This document shows, one piece after another, positions 14,568-29,841 of a stretch of DNA of 64,000 nt. Within the stretch, counting starts at the first letter, position 1, and every line of letters starts with the position of its first letter. The translations under genes were made by a program, and so were the position numbers. The DNA lies in assembly GCA_012295275.1 (NCBI GenBank), contig CM022669.1, positions 15,438,001 to 15,502,000 on the forward strand, in the 5' to 3' direction. The DNA comes from Chrysomallon squamiferum (lineage: Eukaryota > Animalia > Mollusca). The notes beneath the pieces are model-generated. The model ran no database searches. It was not told where the DNA came from and was given only the letters and a program-made list of their open reading frames with translations.

Positions 14568-16128
14568 GTGGATGATAATGATGACAGTGATAATGACGAT
14601 GATGAAAATAATCATCATCATAATAACAGTAATATCAATATCCAAAAAACCAAAAAAAAAAAAAGAGCAAAAAACAAAAAACAAGAGCAACAACAACATC
14701 AACAACAACTGCAACAAAACAACAACAGCAACAAAACAACAACAGCGACAATAATAATAAAACAAAAAATAAGATTAGTTCATCACTTTTGACATTTAAT
14801 TATCGAGTAACTGATGGCAGCTTCGGGGAACACAGATTTACGTTGCTGTGGAACAGAATCAGTTATACAACATGTCCAGTATTTTTATTTTTTATTTTTC
14901 TGACATATTCTGTGAAGGGCATCGCGACTCTAACATCGATAATTCACAACAAAATGCTGTGGGTGTTCTTAGCTTCTATTTGTTTCCGTCTGTCATTTCT
15001 GTGTCACAAGATACAAACCATAGACTTATATTTTATTTACTTAATTTCACACAGATGGATCAAAAACATGATTTTTCTTTTGTTTTTCTTTCGTCCCTGC
15101 TAGCAGAGGTAATTTTATCTAGCTTGCCGAAAGCAATAAGTTATTTATTTAATTTATTTTTGTTATTGTGCTTTTAGGTTCCAGAAAGAGAAAATGTTTT
15201 TTGCGGAAGATCAATTATTTCTTTACTGATAACCTAAATTATAATCCTGCATGATGGAATAATGACAATAAATAACTAACTAACTAAATAAATAAATAAA
15301 CAAATAAATAAACTATGTTGATGATGATAATAACCAGTAAATCATGAATATTTAGTGCTAATGATTGCTGTTTTGAAAGTGTAAGTGAAAAAATGTTTTG
15401 TGCATCAGTGACTGGAATACATATTACTATCTTAATAATTACCTTTTCCTGAATAACACAACATTTGATATCTTTTGAACCTAACTGCTATACACGTTAT
15501 ATTAAATCAAACTCAGATGGTCGCTTCGGAAGAGTTTTCCGCTGTTGCTTAATATAGCGAAAACGCAATAAAGTCTATGACGTCATAATGGCATGACCTT
15601 TAACCTGTTTTACGTAAGTGAACTGTTTACATTACAGGCACATTTAAAGAATTGTAAATTCACACAAAATGCAACAAAATATTTTTTTGATAGCCTTTAA
15701 GAACTGAACATTGTTGCCATTATTTTTTTTCAATATGTCTGCAAGGAAGCTATTTTATTGAAATATTTCAAGTAAGTAGAAATAAAAGTTTTTATTTCAA
15801 ATTACTTTTTCCCCCTTTGGAACTGTTATTTCTTAGCTTTGATCTGGTGTAGAAAGAAAATGACTCTCCAGTCTCATGACATAAAGAATGCCCACTCGAT
15901 ACAGTTGCAAGCGATCCTATTTTAAAAAATGCCATTAAACAACTGCAAAATGGATTCTGCGTTTTTTTTTTTTTTTTTTTTATTTCGCTTTCGGTACACA
16001 CGACCGAAGCAGTCTTTGTTTAGGCGAATCGAACCGGAGACTGTCAGTTACAAGTGATCTCAGAATTGTTTTGGTAAAACTAGTTATCTGTACTTTGAAA
16101 TAAAACAGATGTGTGATAACATCGTTCA

Positions 16129-16244
<116 letters not shown>

Positions 16245-16544
16245 AAGCACAAACATCGTTCAAATCTTCAGATTTTTTACGAAACATACGTTACTACAAA
16301 AACGCGTGAAAAAAAAAAAAAAATCATCATGTATCTCTGCCATGACTGAAAGCCTTTCTCGATAAACTTATAATGATGTTAAACCTGTTATAATATCCAA
16401 ATCTATTAACCATCCGACAGGAGAACCGCGATCAACGTTGAATAGTTATCTTAATTCTCTCAAAGTAAACTTGTTATCTGCTATATTATTATTATTATTT
16501 TTATATCACTTTTGCAGAACTGCGATCTTTACTTTTTAAATTGT

Positions 16545-16565
16545 TATTACTACTACTACTACTCA

Positions 16566-16628
<63 letters not shown>

Positions 16629-16690
16629 AACTACTACTACTACTACTACTACTAATAATAATACTACTAATAATGATTATTATTATTATT
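16545..16690. repeat. (CTA)n microsatellite
   Basis: Read directly. Confidence 0.95.
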
Positions 16691-16794
16691 AGCGAATTAG
16701 CTCAGGGTATATTAAATAATCTTTTGTACATTTAAGTAATCTGATGTCATGTCGTACGCATTGGTAACGGCTCTAGATCAGTAATTAGAGGAGG

Positions 16795-16915
16795 TATTTG
16801 AAGTGTGATAGTTAGCAGGATCGACAGACGTCAGTGCGTGTGATCACTGGGGTTTTCTCGTTCCAGCCGCAGCCCCATGACTTGACTATCAGCACATGAA
16901 AGATCTCTTGAAATG
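16795..16915 (+). mobile_element. Decayed SINE fragment (family A)
   Basis: B-box-like AGGATCGAC followed by TTTTCTCGTTCCAGCC. That motif recurs in reverse orientation near 18011, 21943 and 53555. Confidence 0.5.
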
Positions 16916-17112
16916 AACACGTAATGAGAATCGTGTTTTGAGCAGTTATACAACAAACAAAAAACACAAAAAAACAACAACACAGACCCGATACTTCATA
17001 CTGAAAGGTCTTCGGGTACCATTTTCTTTTGTCTCTCCTGCCCGTGTGACACTTTCTTCCGCTGCTGATTGCATCTCTCAGTCAATCAGTCAGTCTCTCT
17101 ATCTATCTATCC

Positions 17113-17158
<46 letters not shown>

Positions 17159-18010
17159 TTTTCTATCTCTCTATCTATTTAGTACACAGTTTAGGTCAGG
17201 AAAAGCAGTGAATTGTAAGGGTTAGTTCCCTTTTCTACGCAGGTAAATCCTTTTCTTGACCGCCGTCAGCACCAGCATTGCAATTACTTTCAAAAAGTTA
17301 GTTTCAGGCACACGGAAATTGATTCAGCTAAATATGCTTTCTTTAAAGAAAAACATCTCTTTGTTATTTCTATAAAGGAAAATATGTCTTTGTTATCGTC
17401 TTTATAGAGATAAAATATTTTATTATCGTGTTTTAGATCAAATTTACTAAGGAAGCTGACTAATGTTAAAAGATAAAGAAATTTATGTTTGAATATGTGG
17501 GTGATGAGGTGATTGGTTTAATAGGATATTACATAATTATTGCCTTTATCTGAAGTTTTGATCTGCTATATAGAAAATAGGACACGCACATACTATTTTG
17601 AAAAAAAAAAAGTCTGAAATCGTAGGGAAAGCGAATTAACATTAGCTATCTGGATGCTAATTACTGTAGGTTGGTGGAACGAATTAATTAAATTTTAAAC
17701 GCATATTAATATTAAAGATTATTTGGTATCGGAAGTACACAAAATGAAATCCTTTACAAACTGTTTTCGTTATCGAATTTTTTATTTGTGTCTGACAACG
17801 AGTAGAAAACGTAATAATAATTAAGCTCCTTTCTCTTTATTTCTTGCTATCTATCTATATATGTCTGTTTATCTATCTGTATATCTATCTGTCTATCTAT
17901 CTATCTATCTCTCTATCTAATTGTCTATCTGTCTCTCTATTTGTCTCTCTACCAATACGTCTGTTGATCTCTACTGGCTACTGAACACCTGCTGATAAAT
18001 TGACGGCATA

Positions 18011-18075
18011 CTCTGGATCGAGAAATAGTTTAATGGGCGCCGAAGGAGGATTGATCCAGAAACCATTAACACCCC
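18011..18075 (-). mobile_element. Decayed SINE fragment (family A)
   Basis: Reverse complement is GGATCAATCCTCCTTCGGCGCCCATTAAACTATTTCTCGATCCAG: a B-box-like GGATCAATCC followed by the shared TTTCTCGNTCCAG motif. Confidence 0.5.
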
Positions 18076-18964
18076 TGCACCAGCTGTAACAGTTAAATGT
18101 AGCACGTGGAAATAAAGTGGGTTAAATTATTTGTCTCCATTACGGGATAAAAGAATGGTGACACGCTATCTTCAACGGAAACATTAAAGTGTTAATTCAT
18201 TACAACAGTAAAACCAGCTGAATCATAGCATGTAACAAAGAAGCCAGGAAAAAAAAAAAAAAAAAAATGAAAACAAAGATTTTAAGACAAATGGCCGAAT
18301 TCGCTCATAATACCATTCATGTGTGAATACTAATTCGAAATCTACGTCTTTCTGTTTTGACTACACACTGCTTTAACTCTGGAGCAGAGCCAGACTTTTA
18401 AAAATTCATAACAGCATTGTAATAGTGTTTTATTATTTTTGCAAACTCGACAAAGTGTTTTGCATCTCTTGCAGTTATTGCTGTGTTTATTTTAAAGTAA
18501 TTTGTATACGTAGTTTATCACGGGTTGTAAACTGACAGGGTTTTTTTTTTTTTTTTTGAGAAGAGGACTATGAGATGTGTTAAATGATTTGTGAAAACGT
18601 CTAAGGAATTTGGCTGAGTGTAGGCTTCCTGGGTTGTGTGACCATCAAATACGTATTTGAACTTTCAGTGGAAGCAACCATATTTCCACTTGTTGACTGA
18701 CTGGCTATGCTTCTAGAACGCTTAGGTTTGTTTGTTTGGCCTTTTGTTTTCTTTTTATTTATCATTTTTGTTCTTCATCGTCTTTTTATAGTCTTGTTGT
18801 GTTGCCTTTTGCAGGCTTCGTTGTTATTTCAGGCTTATTTATGTATTTTAATATTCATTTTTGCTATATATTTGTTTTCTATATTGCATTAGTTTTCGTT
18901 AACAAAACTGATTCAGTTACATAATATACACTAATGTGTTCTACTATAAAAAGTGTGTGTCTGC

Positions 18965-19086
<122 letters not shown>

Positions 19087-21185
19087 GCCTGATTCTTTGC
19101 ACTGGTTGTGTGTATCTATCCATCTTTTTCTCTCTCGCTTTCTCTGTATAAGTACCTCATTTATCATTAACAGATTTTTTTTAAAGAATAACGAGACCGT
19201 AACTTCGTTTCCAAAAAAGATTTCGACCAACAAAAAAAAAAAAAAAATAAAATAAAAAAAAAAATAAAATAAAAAACGAAGTAAAAAACGACGATGATTA
19301 CAGAACATAATGACATAATGCTAGATGAGAAAAAACATGCATCTCTACATAAAGCGTTTCTTGACTTTAAATATGTTGTCTTGCAGGAAAAAAAATTGAA
19401 ATCTCTCGTTTGTAAACCTGAAGGACTTTGCTTTCTAATATTTCAAAGTCGAGGTAACATGCACACTGATACAGTGAATGCCGACACGCTAATGAAATAT
19501 CACCATCCAGATTATTAAATATTGACGTTTGCTGCGTTTTACTTTGAGAAATGATTAATTTCAGGATACAATAAATATTCCTGGTATATGTATATATATT
19601 TTTATTTCTCTGAAATGATCTTCCGTTAACAAATGTCTCGCTTTGTGTAAAGGTTTAATAGCATTGATATTTGAAATTAAATATAGGAATAAACTCTCAT
19701 ATATATATATATATATATTTATATATTTAATATCAAAACTCAACACAACACATACACACATACATATATACAATAACATACACACACACATATATACAAT
19801 AACATACACACAGCTGATGTTTTTTTTTTTAACTGTTTGATTTCTGTTTTTTTGTTGTTGATCTTATTATTCTTCTTATTGTTGTTGTTATTTCTTTATT
19901 TTAGTTTTGGTTGTAACTGATATACTTTGATGCTTTCTTGTTTTCGTTTTGTTTATTTTTAGGATTACTTCTGTTTTATGGGGATGATTCTCTTCGAACG
20001 TTTATTTCTTCTTCACCTCTGTTCTTCTGGTCATTCTGTTTTTAATTTTCTAAAAATTACTAACCTTTTGTTTTTATTTGAATATTAAGCTCTAACCACA
20101 CAGCTCAGAAACTTTAAGCATCTTAAAAATTAAAACCATACCAGATTCAAAAAAAACTTTTTTTTTACGTCACCACAAAGACGCTTATTTCAGGAGAAAA
20201 AAAAAAACAAAAAAAAAAAACAAATGAAGAAAAACATACTTATTGAATTTCCATTACTCCGATTACAGTAAAACGCGTCACAACCAGTGTGACTGTGTTG
20301 TTACTTTGTGGGTTTTTTGTTGTTTTTTTTTTGGCTGTCCGACCCCCTCCGTTTTTCAGAAACAACTTAATAGCATGCCTTGCACGGTTAGAAACAGAAT
20401 GACGCAAAACACGAGAAAAATATGGCAACAATAGGATGATTTTCCTTTGTTTTGTTTTTCTATCCTGCCCGCACACAACACAGAACAATCTTCTTTGTCC
20501 TTCTTATCAGCAGCATTACGTGGGCACAACGTCACGCAGTGGTTTACACCTTAGTCTTGAGGTCGGCTAGGTCGCGGGATCAGTACAGTTAACTGCACAT
20601 TGTGCTGTTTCCTTTTCCAGTTAATGCCACACGTCAGGTTTGTCAAAGGCTATCGTAGATGTTTTCTTGCCTGTATGGAAAGGTATTTACTGAATACACC
20701 TTTTTTGACAATCGAAGGGGCGGCAGTAAGATTTATTTATTTTTCGCACATCATTATTATATTAGAAAATGTATGTCTGGTACCTAACGATAGTTCATAA
20801 AAAAAAAAAAAAATGTGTTGAGGTTTTGTTAAAAAAGACATTAATTATTTAAAGTGGTCCCATTATTGCAGAATCAAAGTGTCATATTTTGACTGTATAC
20901 CACTGGCTCAAAGACTCTGCTTTAGCACTCATTACACTAAGTCAGTTATCAAAATCTTTAAGGTGTCGTTGTCCTCAAGCTGCTTAATGTCTTTTCTTCT
21001 ACAACAGTTAAATTCACTTTTATTTATTTTATTTTTTTCACCCTCTCGTTTTAACGGCATCATCAAACCGTAAGTTACGATTTGCGTGCAGTCGTCAATT
21101 TCCAACAGCACCTTGTCAAATGAGTTTCTCGTTCATCAACTGCTTTCGTAGAGACATTATTAATTAAATTCATTTTATAACAAAG

Positions 21186-21219
<34 letters not shown>

Positions 21220-21939
21220 AAGGAATAAAAAAAAATAAAAAAATAAAAACAATTTTTTCTTTTACGACAGGACGTAACAAATTACAAATCTGAACGTAAG
21301 TGAGAAATGACGGATTGATTACGAAATAACCAAGAACGGAAATTCTTGCAAAAAGGAATAAATAAATTAATTAAAATAAACGAATGAACATCTGTTTACA
21401 ATAGGGCAGCGGATGTTAACATTAAAGCATATTTCGCGTAATCGCTAATTTTAAAAAAAATATATTTAAAATATAAGACAGAAATCATAGCGCGAAACCG
21501 CGAAATCGTTGCTATATATATTACACTTACTGACTACAGAAAAAATAAACCAAAGTCTTTGATAAAGGAATAATGATAAAAATTTGACTGAAACGGGAAA
21601 ATTCCCTAAAGGTGCTCCGTTGATAATCAATCCAGCGTCCTACCATCACTCAGGCTAATATTCTGACTATAAATTATTAACAAACAAAAAAAAATAATAA
21701 AAATAAAAAATCACCTATGTATATGTATATGTATATGTGCAATGTATATTCAGTATCCTGCTTGATATTGTCTCCTGAAATGTATTATGCGACTGACAAG
21801 TTATACGACACTTTATGACATGATTAGAAGTGCAGTTGAAATTTCCACAATACGGCCAGTATTATCAAAATACTGATGTATGTGCTGCCCTAAATGATTA
21901 TTTTTTTTCCCTTAATGTGAAATAACATTCTTCATCGAT

Positions 21940-22012
21940 CACGGGTTGGAACGGGAAATTAGCCTATGGCGAATCAAGAGCATTTTATGTTATGACTCAT
22001 CACGCCTCCACG
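21940..22012 (-). mobile_element. Decayed SINE fragment (family A)
   Basis: Reverse complement contains CCATAGGCTAATTTCCCGTTCCAACCC, similar to the copies at 16853 and 18011. Confidence 0.4.
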
Positions 22013-22349
22013 GAAATAATCAAGCTGAAGAACAAAAGGTTTCTTAAAAAAGATTTATTTCTTTTAGAACAAAAAGCAAAAGCCATAATGGAGCATTTCC
22101 AACTGAATTTTCTCTGAAATGTTTACTAATGTCGTATAACCTCTTCTGAAAGGAGCTCTAAGACCTTATCGAATTTTTCTCGAAAATCAGTTCATGATAC
22201 ATTTTTTTATCTGACTTCCTTTATTCGAGAACGGCATTACACGAATAGAATTAATAGCAGAATTTCTATATTCGGAGCAATTACATATTGACCTATGTCA
22301 GTGAAATAAAGTACAGGATATATTAATGATCTCTAATCTGTTCCTGTAT

Positions 22350-22907
22350 ATAGTAATAGGAGTAGTAGGAGTAGGAGTAGGAGTAGGTATTTTAGCAGTA
22401 ATAGTAGTAGTAGTAGTAGAAGTAGTAATAGTAGTAGTATAGTAGCAATAGTTGTAACAGTATTAATAATAATATTATTAATAATAGTGATAATAACAGT
22501 AGTAATAGTATTAATTGTAGTCGTCATAGTAGTAATAATAATAGTAATAGTAGTAGTAGTAGCAATAATAGCAGTAGCACGAATAGCACTAGCAGTAGCA
22601 GGAGTAGTAGTAATAGTAGTAGTAGTAGTAGTAGCAGCAATATTAGCAGTAGCACTAATAGCAGTAGCAGTAGCAGGAGTAGTAGTAATAGTAGTAGTAG
22701 CAGTGGTAGCAGAAACAACAAAGATAACATTTTCTGAGAAATCTCTGTGGTCTGTAGAAATAAACTGAAATCGAGAACAGAAAGAAGAAAAAGGAGAAAG
22801 AAGAAGAAAATGGAAGAAGATGAAGAGAAAAGAAAAAAAAGAGGAAGGAGGAATAATAGGAGCAAGAGAGGAGAAGGCAGAAGGAGCTAATACGAAGAAA
22901 CGACTAC

Positions 22908-22943
<36 letters not shown>

Positions 22944-22951
22944 CATTATTA

Positions 22952-22988
<37 letters not shown>

Positions 22989-22992
22989 CATC

Positions 22993-23024
<32 letters not shown>

Positions 23025-23100
23025 TACTATTATTATTATTCTTGTTGTTGATGTTGTTGTTATTGCTGTTGTTGTTGCTGCTGCAGCTGTTGTTGTTTTT
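22350..23100. repeat. Compound triplet-repeat block: (AGT/AGC/AAT)n, purine tract, then (ATT)n/(GTT)n
   Basis: Read directly. Includes a ~75-bp higher-order duplication (about 22561-22635 and 22636-22703). Confidence 0.9.
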
Positions 23101-23215
23101 CTATTTATTCACTCAGTTAATTAATTTAAACAAAACTGTTTTCAGGCTAAACTAACCATGTCTTTACGGTTACAAACATTTCACTGGAAATCTACAGAAA
23201 TGCAGAAGCATATAC

Positions 23216-23256
<41 letters not shown>

Positions 23257-23758
23257 CTAAAAGAAGAGAAAAATGAAAGAAAGAAAGAAAGAAAAAACAT
23301 AGCTGAAGATAAAGAAATTCACTTTATTTAAAAAAATAAATAAATAAACAAATATTATTAATTATGTTGTTGTTGGTGCTTTTGTCGCTGAGCTGGTTAT
23401 TATTTTACGCTAATGGTTTTGCACTTTTACGCTCTTTTACATCTGTTAGTGCGAGTATAGAACAGCGAATATTTTATTACACATTTGTGTAGCTTTAATG
23501 ATAAGAATCTGGAAAACGCATTTTAAATGGACAAAAAATGTTTCTCTGGAGAAAAACTGGAATGTGAGTTTATTGCACAAACGTGTGTGGAAACATATTT
23601 TTTTGTTTATGTTATAATAAATTATATTCGTGTTCCCAAGCGACAGACGTTTTAATAGAAACAGGTCCAAAACTCCTAAAAGTGGTTAACCAAAAAAAGT
23701 TTAAAATAAAAATGATTGAGAAATTAAACTTTTTTTTTTTTTAACAGTCAATGTAAGG

Positions 23759-23868
<110 letters not shown>

Positions 23869-24509
23869 GTATGTTATAGCGAGATAAAGAGATATGAACA
23901 GAAAGAGAGAGTATGTGTGTGTCTATGTGTATCTGTGTGTGTGTTTGCGTGCGTGCGTGCGTGCGCGCGTTTGTGAGTGAGAGGGCATGAGTCAGAAACT
24001 GAACAAATTTATTTCTAATCACATAACTCTCAAAGATAATCATTTCCTTTTCTTTCTATCACTTTACATTATTTATATTTCTGTTTATTTTAATCAAACG
24101 CTGCAAAGGGTTCGCAGATAATACGTTATTTTTACCTGATGTTAATTTTTTAAATATTCTTTTTGAAAGCACGGACGCCACCTCGTACTAGGCAGTCAAT
24201 TGTTCAATTGTACTAGGCAATCAGAAACACGTGATAGCAAAAGCTCTAGATCGCAACCATCGATAATAGTTAGTTTTTCTCCTTCGACGAGTATCGAACA
24301 CGTAAAGTCATCTGAACTGAGAAATCAACGTTTAAAAAGTTAATGAGGTAGCAAGTTGACTTAATAAGATGATCAACTTGTTCTTTTGTAATTGCCCTAG
24401 TCGCAAAAAACCTCTTCTGTCAAGACGCGAAGTTTGAAACTTACAGAAACATTATGTAATTACACTGTTACTGTTCTGATGACATTGGCGATTGTAACTG
24501 TGTACATAT

Positions 24510-24611
<102 letters not shown>

Positions 24612-24719
24612 TAGATAAACAGACAAAGAAGAGATAGCAAGGCCTTTAGACAGATATTAATACAAAAACATAACCATCAATCATGTTTTAAAACTCGATG
24701 GAATAAATCAATTTTATTG

Positions 24720-24751
<32 letters not shown>

Positions 24752-25754
24752 GGACCGACATAATAATTATGATCGACTACATCACATCGTAAAGACTATC
24801 AAAGCCGCTGTACTCCTCTTTATTAAAATATGCAGCAGATAAACGATAGGTGGCATTAACCGCATTATCGTCATTTATATTCATCACATAAGCGAAGGCT
24901 GAAGATGACAGTTACCTAATTCTGGCGCAGCTCTGGGATGTAGACCGGTCTGGAACTATGCAGTTATATTGATTTGACTCGAATCTGAAGTCAACTGTAC
25001 GACATAAAACCAAAAAAAAAAAAAAAAAAAAAAAGAATAAATAAATCTGAGAGAGGATAAAAAAAAAAAAATATATATATATGTAAAAAATTAAAAAAAA
25101 AAAAAAAAAAAACCATACAGAATGAGAATAATAAAAAAAAAGAGTTTTGGCCACTAATCATTATTTCAAGAACTTTACTGTCAGTACTATGATCCGGCAT
25201 CTCAATGGTTGTAAAGATCTGTAAAACTAGACAGTTAGTCATGCACGCTATTCTGTTTATTAATGAATATTTAAAACAGTATGTAATCCTTTCGTGCAGT
25301 CTGTGTGGCAAGATGACTCATTCTATTCGCGCCACAGCAAGCACGATTTAAAATATTTAGTTTCTTTAGCTTCAGTCAAAATTAACCGTAATCGTTCGGG
25401 AAAAAGGTTAAACGTCGAAGTTTCGAAATTTTCATAAATAACGTGACATCAACGTAATAAAGACATAATAATAATAACAGCAACAAAAAAAAAAAAACAA
25501 CAAAAAAAAAAAAAAAAAAAAAAAAAAAATAATAATAATAATAAGAAGAAGAAGAAGAAGAAGAGGAAGATATCCATTAAAAAGAATGCTACTTTATGTC
25601 AAAGTACAATAAATTAATTTTTCTTTGTTGACTAATCTCGTTTCTCATTTTTGAGCGGATGAAACCGAACGAGAAAAAGATGACGAGAAAACGAAAACGT
25701 CTCTTAGTGATGTAAATGTAACATGTCAGTGTTATATAAACCGTGTTTCATGAT

Positions 25755-25785
<31 letters not shown>

Positions 25786-27913
25786 AATAAGGAAAAAAAG
25801 ATAAAAAAAAAAAAAAAAAAAAAAAAAAAATGTGATGCTTTTTGCAGAGAATAAATTAAAATGTTATCTAGGTACCTATTAACCAAAACACGCACGTACG
25901 CACACACACACACACACACGCACGTTAATCTATGTCATTTAACAGATTGATTCCTGCCAATTTCACATTTTAAAAGAAATAATTTAATTATGAGATCAAA
26001 GGCACTTAAGGATAAAAAATATATTAATGATATAGCATCAGATGAAGAATACGTACACGTTAGCACTCTCAACTTTCTTAATACTTGGGATGCTACAAAA
26101 AATGTATTTAGCTGGGTAAAACTCTGGATACAAACACTATCCATTAATAACAATAGAATTCAGATTTAAAAGTGTGTTAATGTGACAAAACTGATATTCT
26201 ATAAGAAGCAACCAAATTGTACAGTTACCCCAATATGATATAAAACCCATCAGAGTACTGGCATGAAAAAAAACGAACCTATCACAGAACACTGAAGATA
26301 AAAGAACACTCAGACGTTCATTACCTATTCAATTCTCTCCCCTGAAGAAGAACTCTTCAGTTAAAGAGAACGAATAAATCAAAGGTATGCCACTCAATCT
26401 GAGTTCCGATACAAACTTTCTGTTTCAAACTGTACTTTGAGTAATTATCAAACGCCGACGTATGTAGAATTTTTTTTTTTTTCAGAAATGTGAATGCGAA
26501 ATAATGCATTTTTGACAGGTGTAATAAGAACATGATTAAGTGCTTGGTACCAAATAAATGCCTGTCATCAAACGAAAAATCCTTCACTTGTCAGCCAGCT
26601 GTATCAAGTTCGGTACACGAGAACTGAGACAATGGTAAATAAAACTGAACTGAACAGCATATTCTGAATATATTCTGCATCGAATAAGCTTGTATTGTGA
26701 TAGCTATTATTGTTCAGCTTTACAAGTGGAAAGTAAGTGAATACTAATGTAATTCTGTTACAATAAAATACTACCTTCTAGACCCGATGTTTGTTTATAA
26801 GACGCTAAACCATTCCAAAGAGCGATGCATTTTTGTGTTAAGTTAATATTAAACTTTCGTTCATAATAAATAGCATTAGTTTAGCAGTTGCTATAACTTT
26901 TATAATATTCTTTGTAAAATAAACATTTGTTATCGGGTCAGCAGTATCACGAATTAACCACGTGATCTGTTACGACATCTGGGTTACCGAAGGGAGATGA
27001 GAAAACTATAACCACGATCTTACGGAGTTCGTTTGATAACGGCGTGACTGCAGTTTATGCTAGCTCGACAGTTTCTCTTGAAAGGGCTATAAAGCTTTCT
27101 TGAAGCAACCGTTAAGCGAATATAATTAATTGGAAGTACGATCGTTCCGCGAAACGGAGTCAGAGTTCGTTTGCGTCCGGTCTGTTTCGGCTCAAAGTTT
27201 ATTCCTCTGGTGGCAGCGTTTTAGGCCGTTTACGTCATTACAAATCTCCAGAGCGCTATAGTCGTAGTGTATAATTTAGTTAACACATTAAAATGTAGTA
27301 AAAGTAAGTCAGAATCAAAACGGGTTTTTATATATAAAGCGTATAATAGAATATTTCCATCGAAAGAGCTTTTGCTGTAAACGAAGGCATGTGGTAATCG
27401 ATTTCTGATGGGTTTTTTCTTCTCTTCACTTAAGTTTGCGGTTAATTTGAATAAAGTCAAACCGACTTGGACAACATATTTTTTTCAAATACAACAGCGG
27501 GAGTTAAGTGATGTTGCAGAAAACATGTTTTGAGGGAGCTGAGAAAACAATTTATTTCGAATTTATAATGCCTACCGTAATAACGATTAAAAATAAAGAG
27601 AAAATAACAAAATAATAAAATAAAACAACACTGATTAAAACCAATAAATCTTCGTCAGCAAAAATGATTAAATTCCACGGTTGAAGAACAAATAAAAAAA
27701 AAAGAAATAATAAAGAGAAGAAATATTAAACAATTAATAATAAAACAAAGAACCATCTAAACAAAGTGGGACATAAAATAGAACAAAATAAGGGATTCTC
27801 TATAGATAGTGTGACGATATTATAGAGACGTTTATCGAAATCTTTTTTGAAAATATAGAAGTTTATCTTCAAATCTTTTCAGTATATAATATGCATTTGA
27901 AGTATATTTGATA

Positions 27914-28030
<117 letters not shown>

Positions 28031-28309
28031 GGTCTCGTCACTGTCTCTGCATTAACCGATCTGGGTTAAATACTAACTGCAACGTAATGAACATATCACA
28101 TACGAATTTAAATCGAACTGACTCGGATATTAATGGCAGCTGTCACGCAGTAGCGTTACCCATGCTGCCCATTGTATTAACAGTAACGTATTAAACGTGA
28201 GGTAACGTAGCTGCTTTGAACATTAAGAATAAATCATCAGTGTCTGCGACATAAACAGTCTACTGATAATAACCAGTGCTAATCAAACTCGCTACGCACA
28301 TCATCAGCG

Positions 28310-28512
28310 TCAATGTCACGGATGTTAACCTTACTGCAACGGACATCAAAAAAGTAACCTATGACATTAACCTTACGGCTATGCAGATAAACATTAGCGT
28401 AGACATTAACTTCACTGTCACGGACATTAACAATAACGTACGACATTAACTTCACTGTCATGCACATTAACTTTACTGTCACGGTTTAACGACGACAATA
28501 TGACATTAACCA
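28310..28512. repeat. Degenerate ~20-21-bp tandem repeat (GACATTAACTTCACTGTCAC)
   Basis: GACATTAAC/CACATTAAC recurs at about 28363, 28402, 28423, 28442, 28463 and 28502. Confidence 0.8.
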
Positions 28513-29265
28513 CACCATTTCAGACGTTGACTGTGAGGTGTAGGAATGATGCAATAAATGTCTTTAATTTGGTTGTATTCAAATCAATCGATTCTTTTCG
28601 TTTTGGGTGATTGAAGCTGAATCCCCCACCCCGCCAGAAAAAAATGGGTTTCAAAGCCTTTACCGAACTCTTTTTATATTTTCTTTTTATATTAAACTTT
28701 TTTATTTGTTTATATTTTCTTTTCCATGCATTTTGTCTCGTTCTGCAATATTTATGGTTGACTTCCTTTTCAGTATCCAGTTAGTTAATTTACTTTTAGA
28801 ATTATTGACTTTTTATAATCTTCATTTATTTCTCTCTTTTTTTTAAAAACACATACAACATTTAGTGACGTTTTGTTTTTCGTTAGTTTTTCCTCAATTT
28901 GTATTATCCAAATATCTATTATATTTTTTTTTTTTTTTTTTAATAAAGTGAATGAATAAAATGGCAAAACAAAACATTAAACAAAACACCAAACTTTTAC
29001 TAACTATAACAGCAAAACTGTTACGGTCCGAAGAAGAAAACGTAAAGTTAACAGCAGTAGCTGTTGTAGTAAGCTCTGTCGTAACACGTTAGTAGAGCTG
29101 CTACCAGAAGCAATAGTATTAACAGAACTAGTAGCCTAGTAATAGTAATAATAATAACAGTATTACTGTTGGAAGTAATAGTTGTATTATACTACTGTTT
29201 GTAATAGCCAGATTAATAACGGTAGAGAAAGAAGAAGAGCTACAGGTGGACAGTTTGAGACTTAC

Positions 29266-29470
29266 CTGAAAATTCTTTCGACTTTCTGGAAATGGTACAG
29301 AATATTAATCCATAAGCTGTTCCAATTGTCACAAGAGGTATCACAAACATGAGTAACAGAGATGCTATTGTGTATAACTGTCTTTGCCATTCTCCGGCGT
29401 ATGAACCGAATGTCACACACTGATAGAATTCTTCAACAAAGGGGCCTCTTCGCACGTTGAATATAACCGC
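29266..29470 (-). CDS. CrzR: Internal exon of a corazonin-type/GnRH-superfamily receptor (end of TM4, ECL2, TM5, start of ICL3)
   Basis: Minus strand: polypyrimidine tract and acceptor (ttttcttttctttttcatcatttAG|GCG), 205 nt, donor TCAG|GTAAGT. Translation AVIFNVRRGPFVEEFYQCVTFGSYAGEWQRQLYTIASLLLMFVIPLVTIGTAYGLIFCTISRKSKEFS. RGPFVEEFYQCVT is the ECL2 signature I recognise from corazonin receptors and includes the disulfide Cys. TM5 has the F-x-x-P-L...Y pattern. The orthology call is from motif recognition, not a search. Confidence 0.93.
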
Positions 29471-29613
29471 CTAAATGATGAAAAAGAAAAGAAAAACATT
29501 TAAAAAATTATAATTGTGATAGTGATCAATAATAATAATAATTGATATTGATGATGATGATATTCACAACAACAATGACAATAAAACACTTTAAAATACC
29601 CTACAGGACAAAA

Positions 29614-29717
<104 letters not shown>

Positions 29718-29787
29718 CAACAAAAAACAGCACAAACACCTACAAATATTAACATTAAAAGGAAACAAAAAATTTTGATTCAATAAT

Positions 29788-29841
<54 letters not shown>

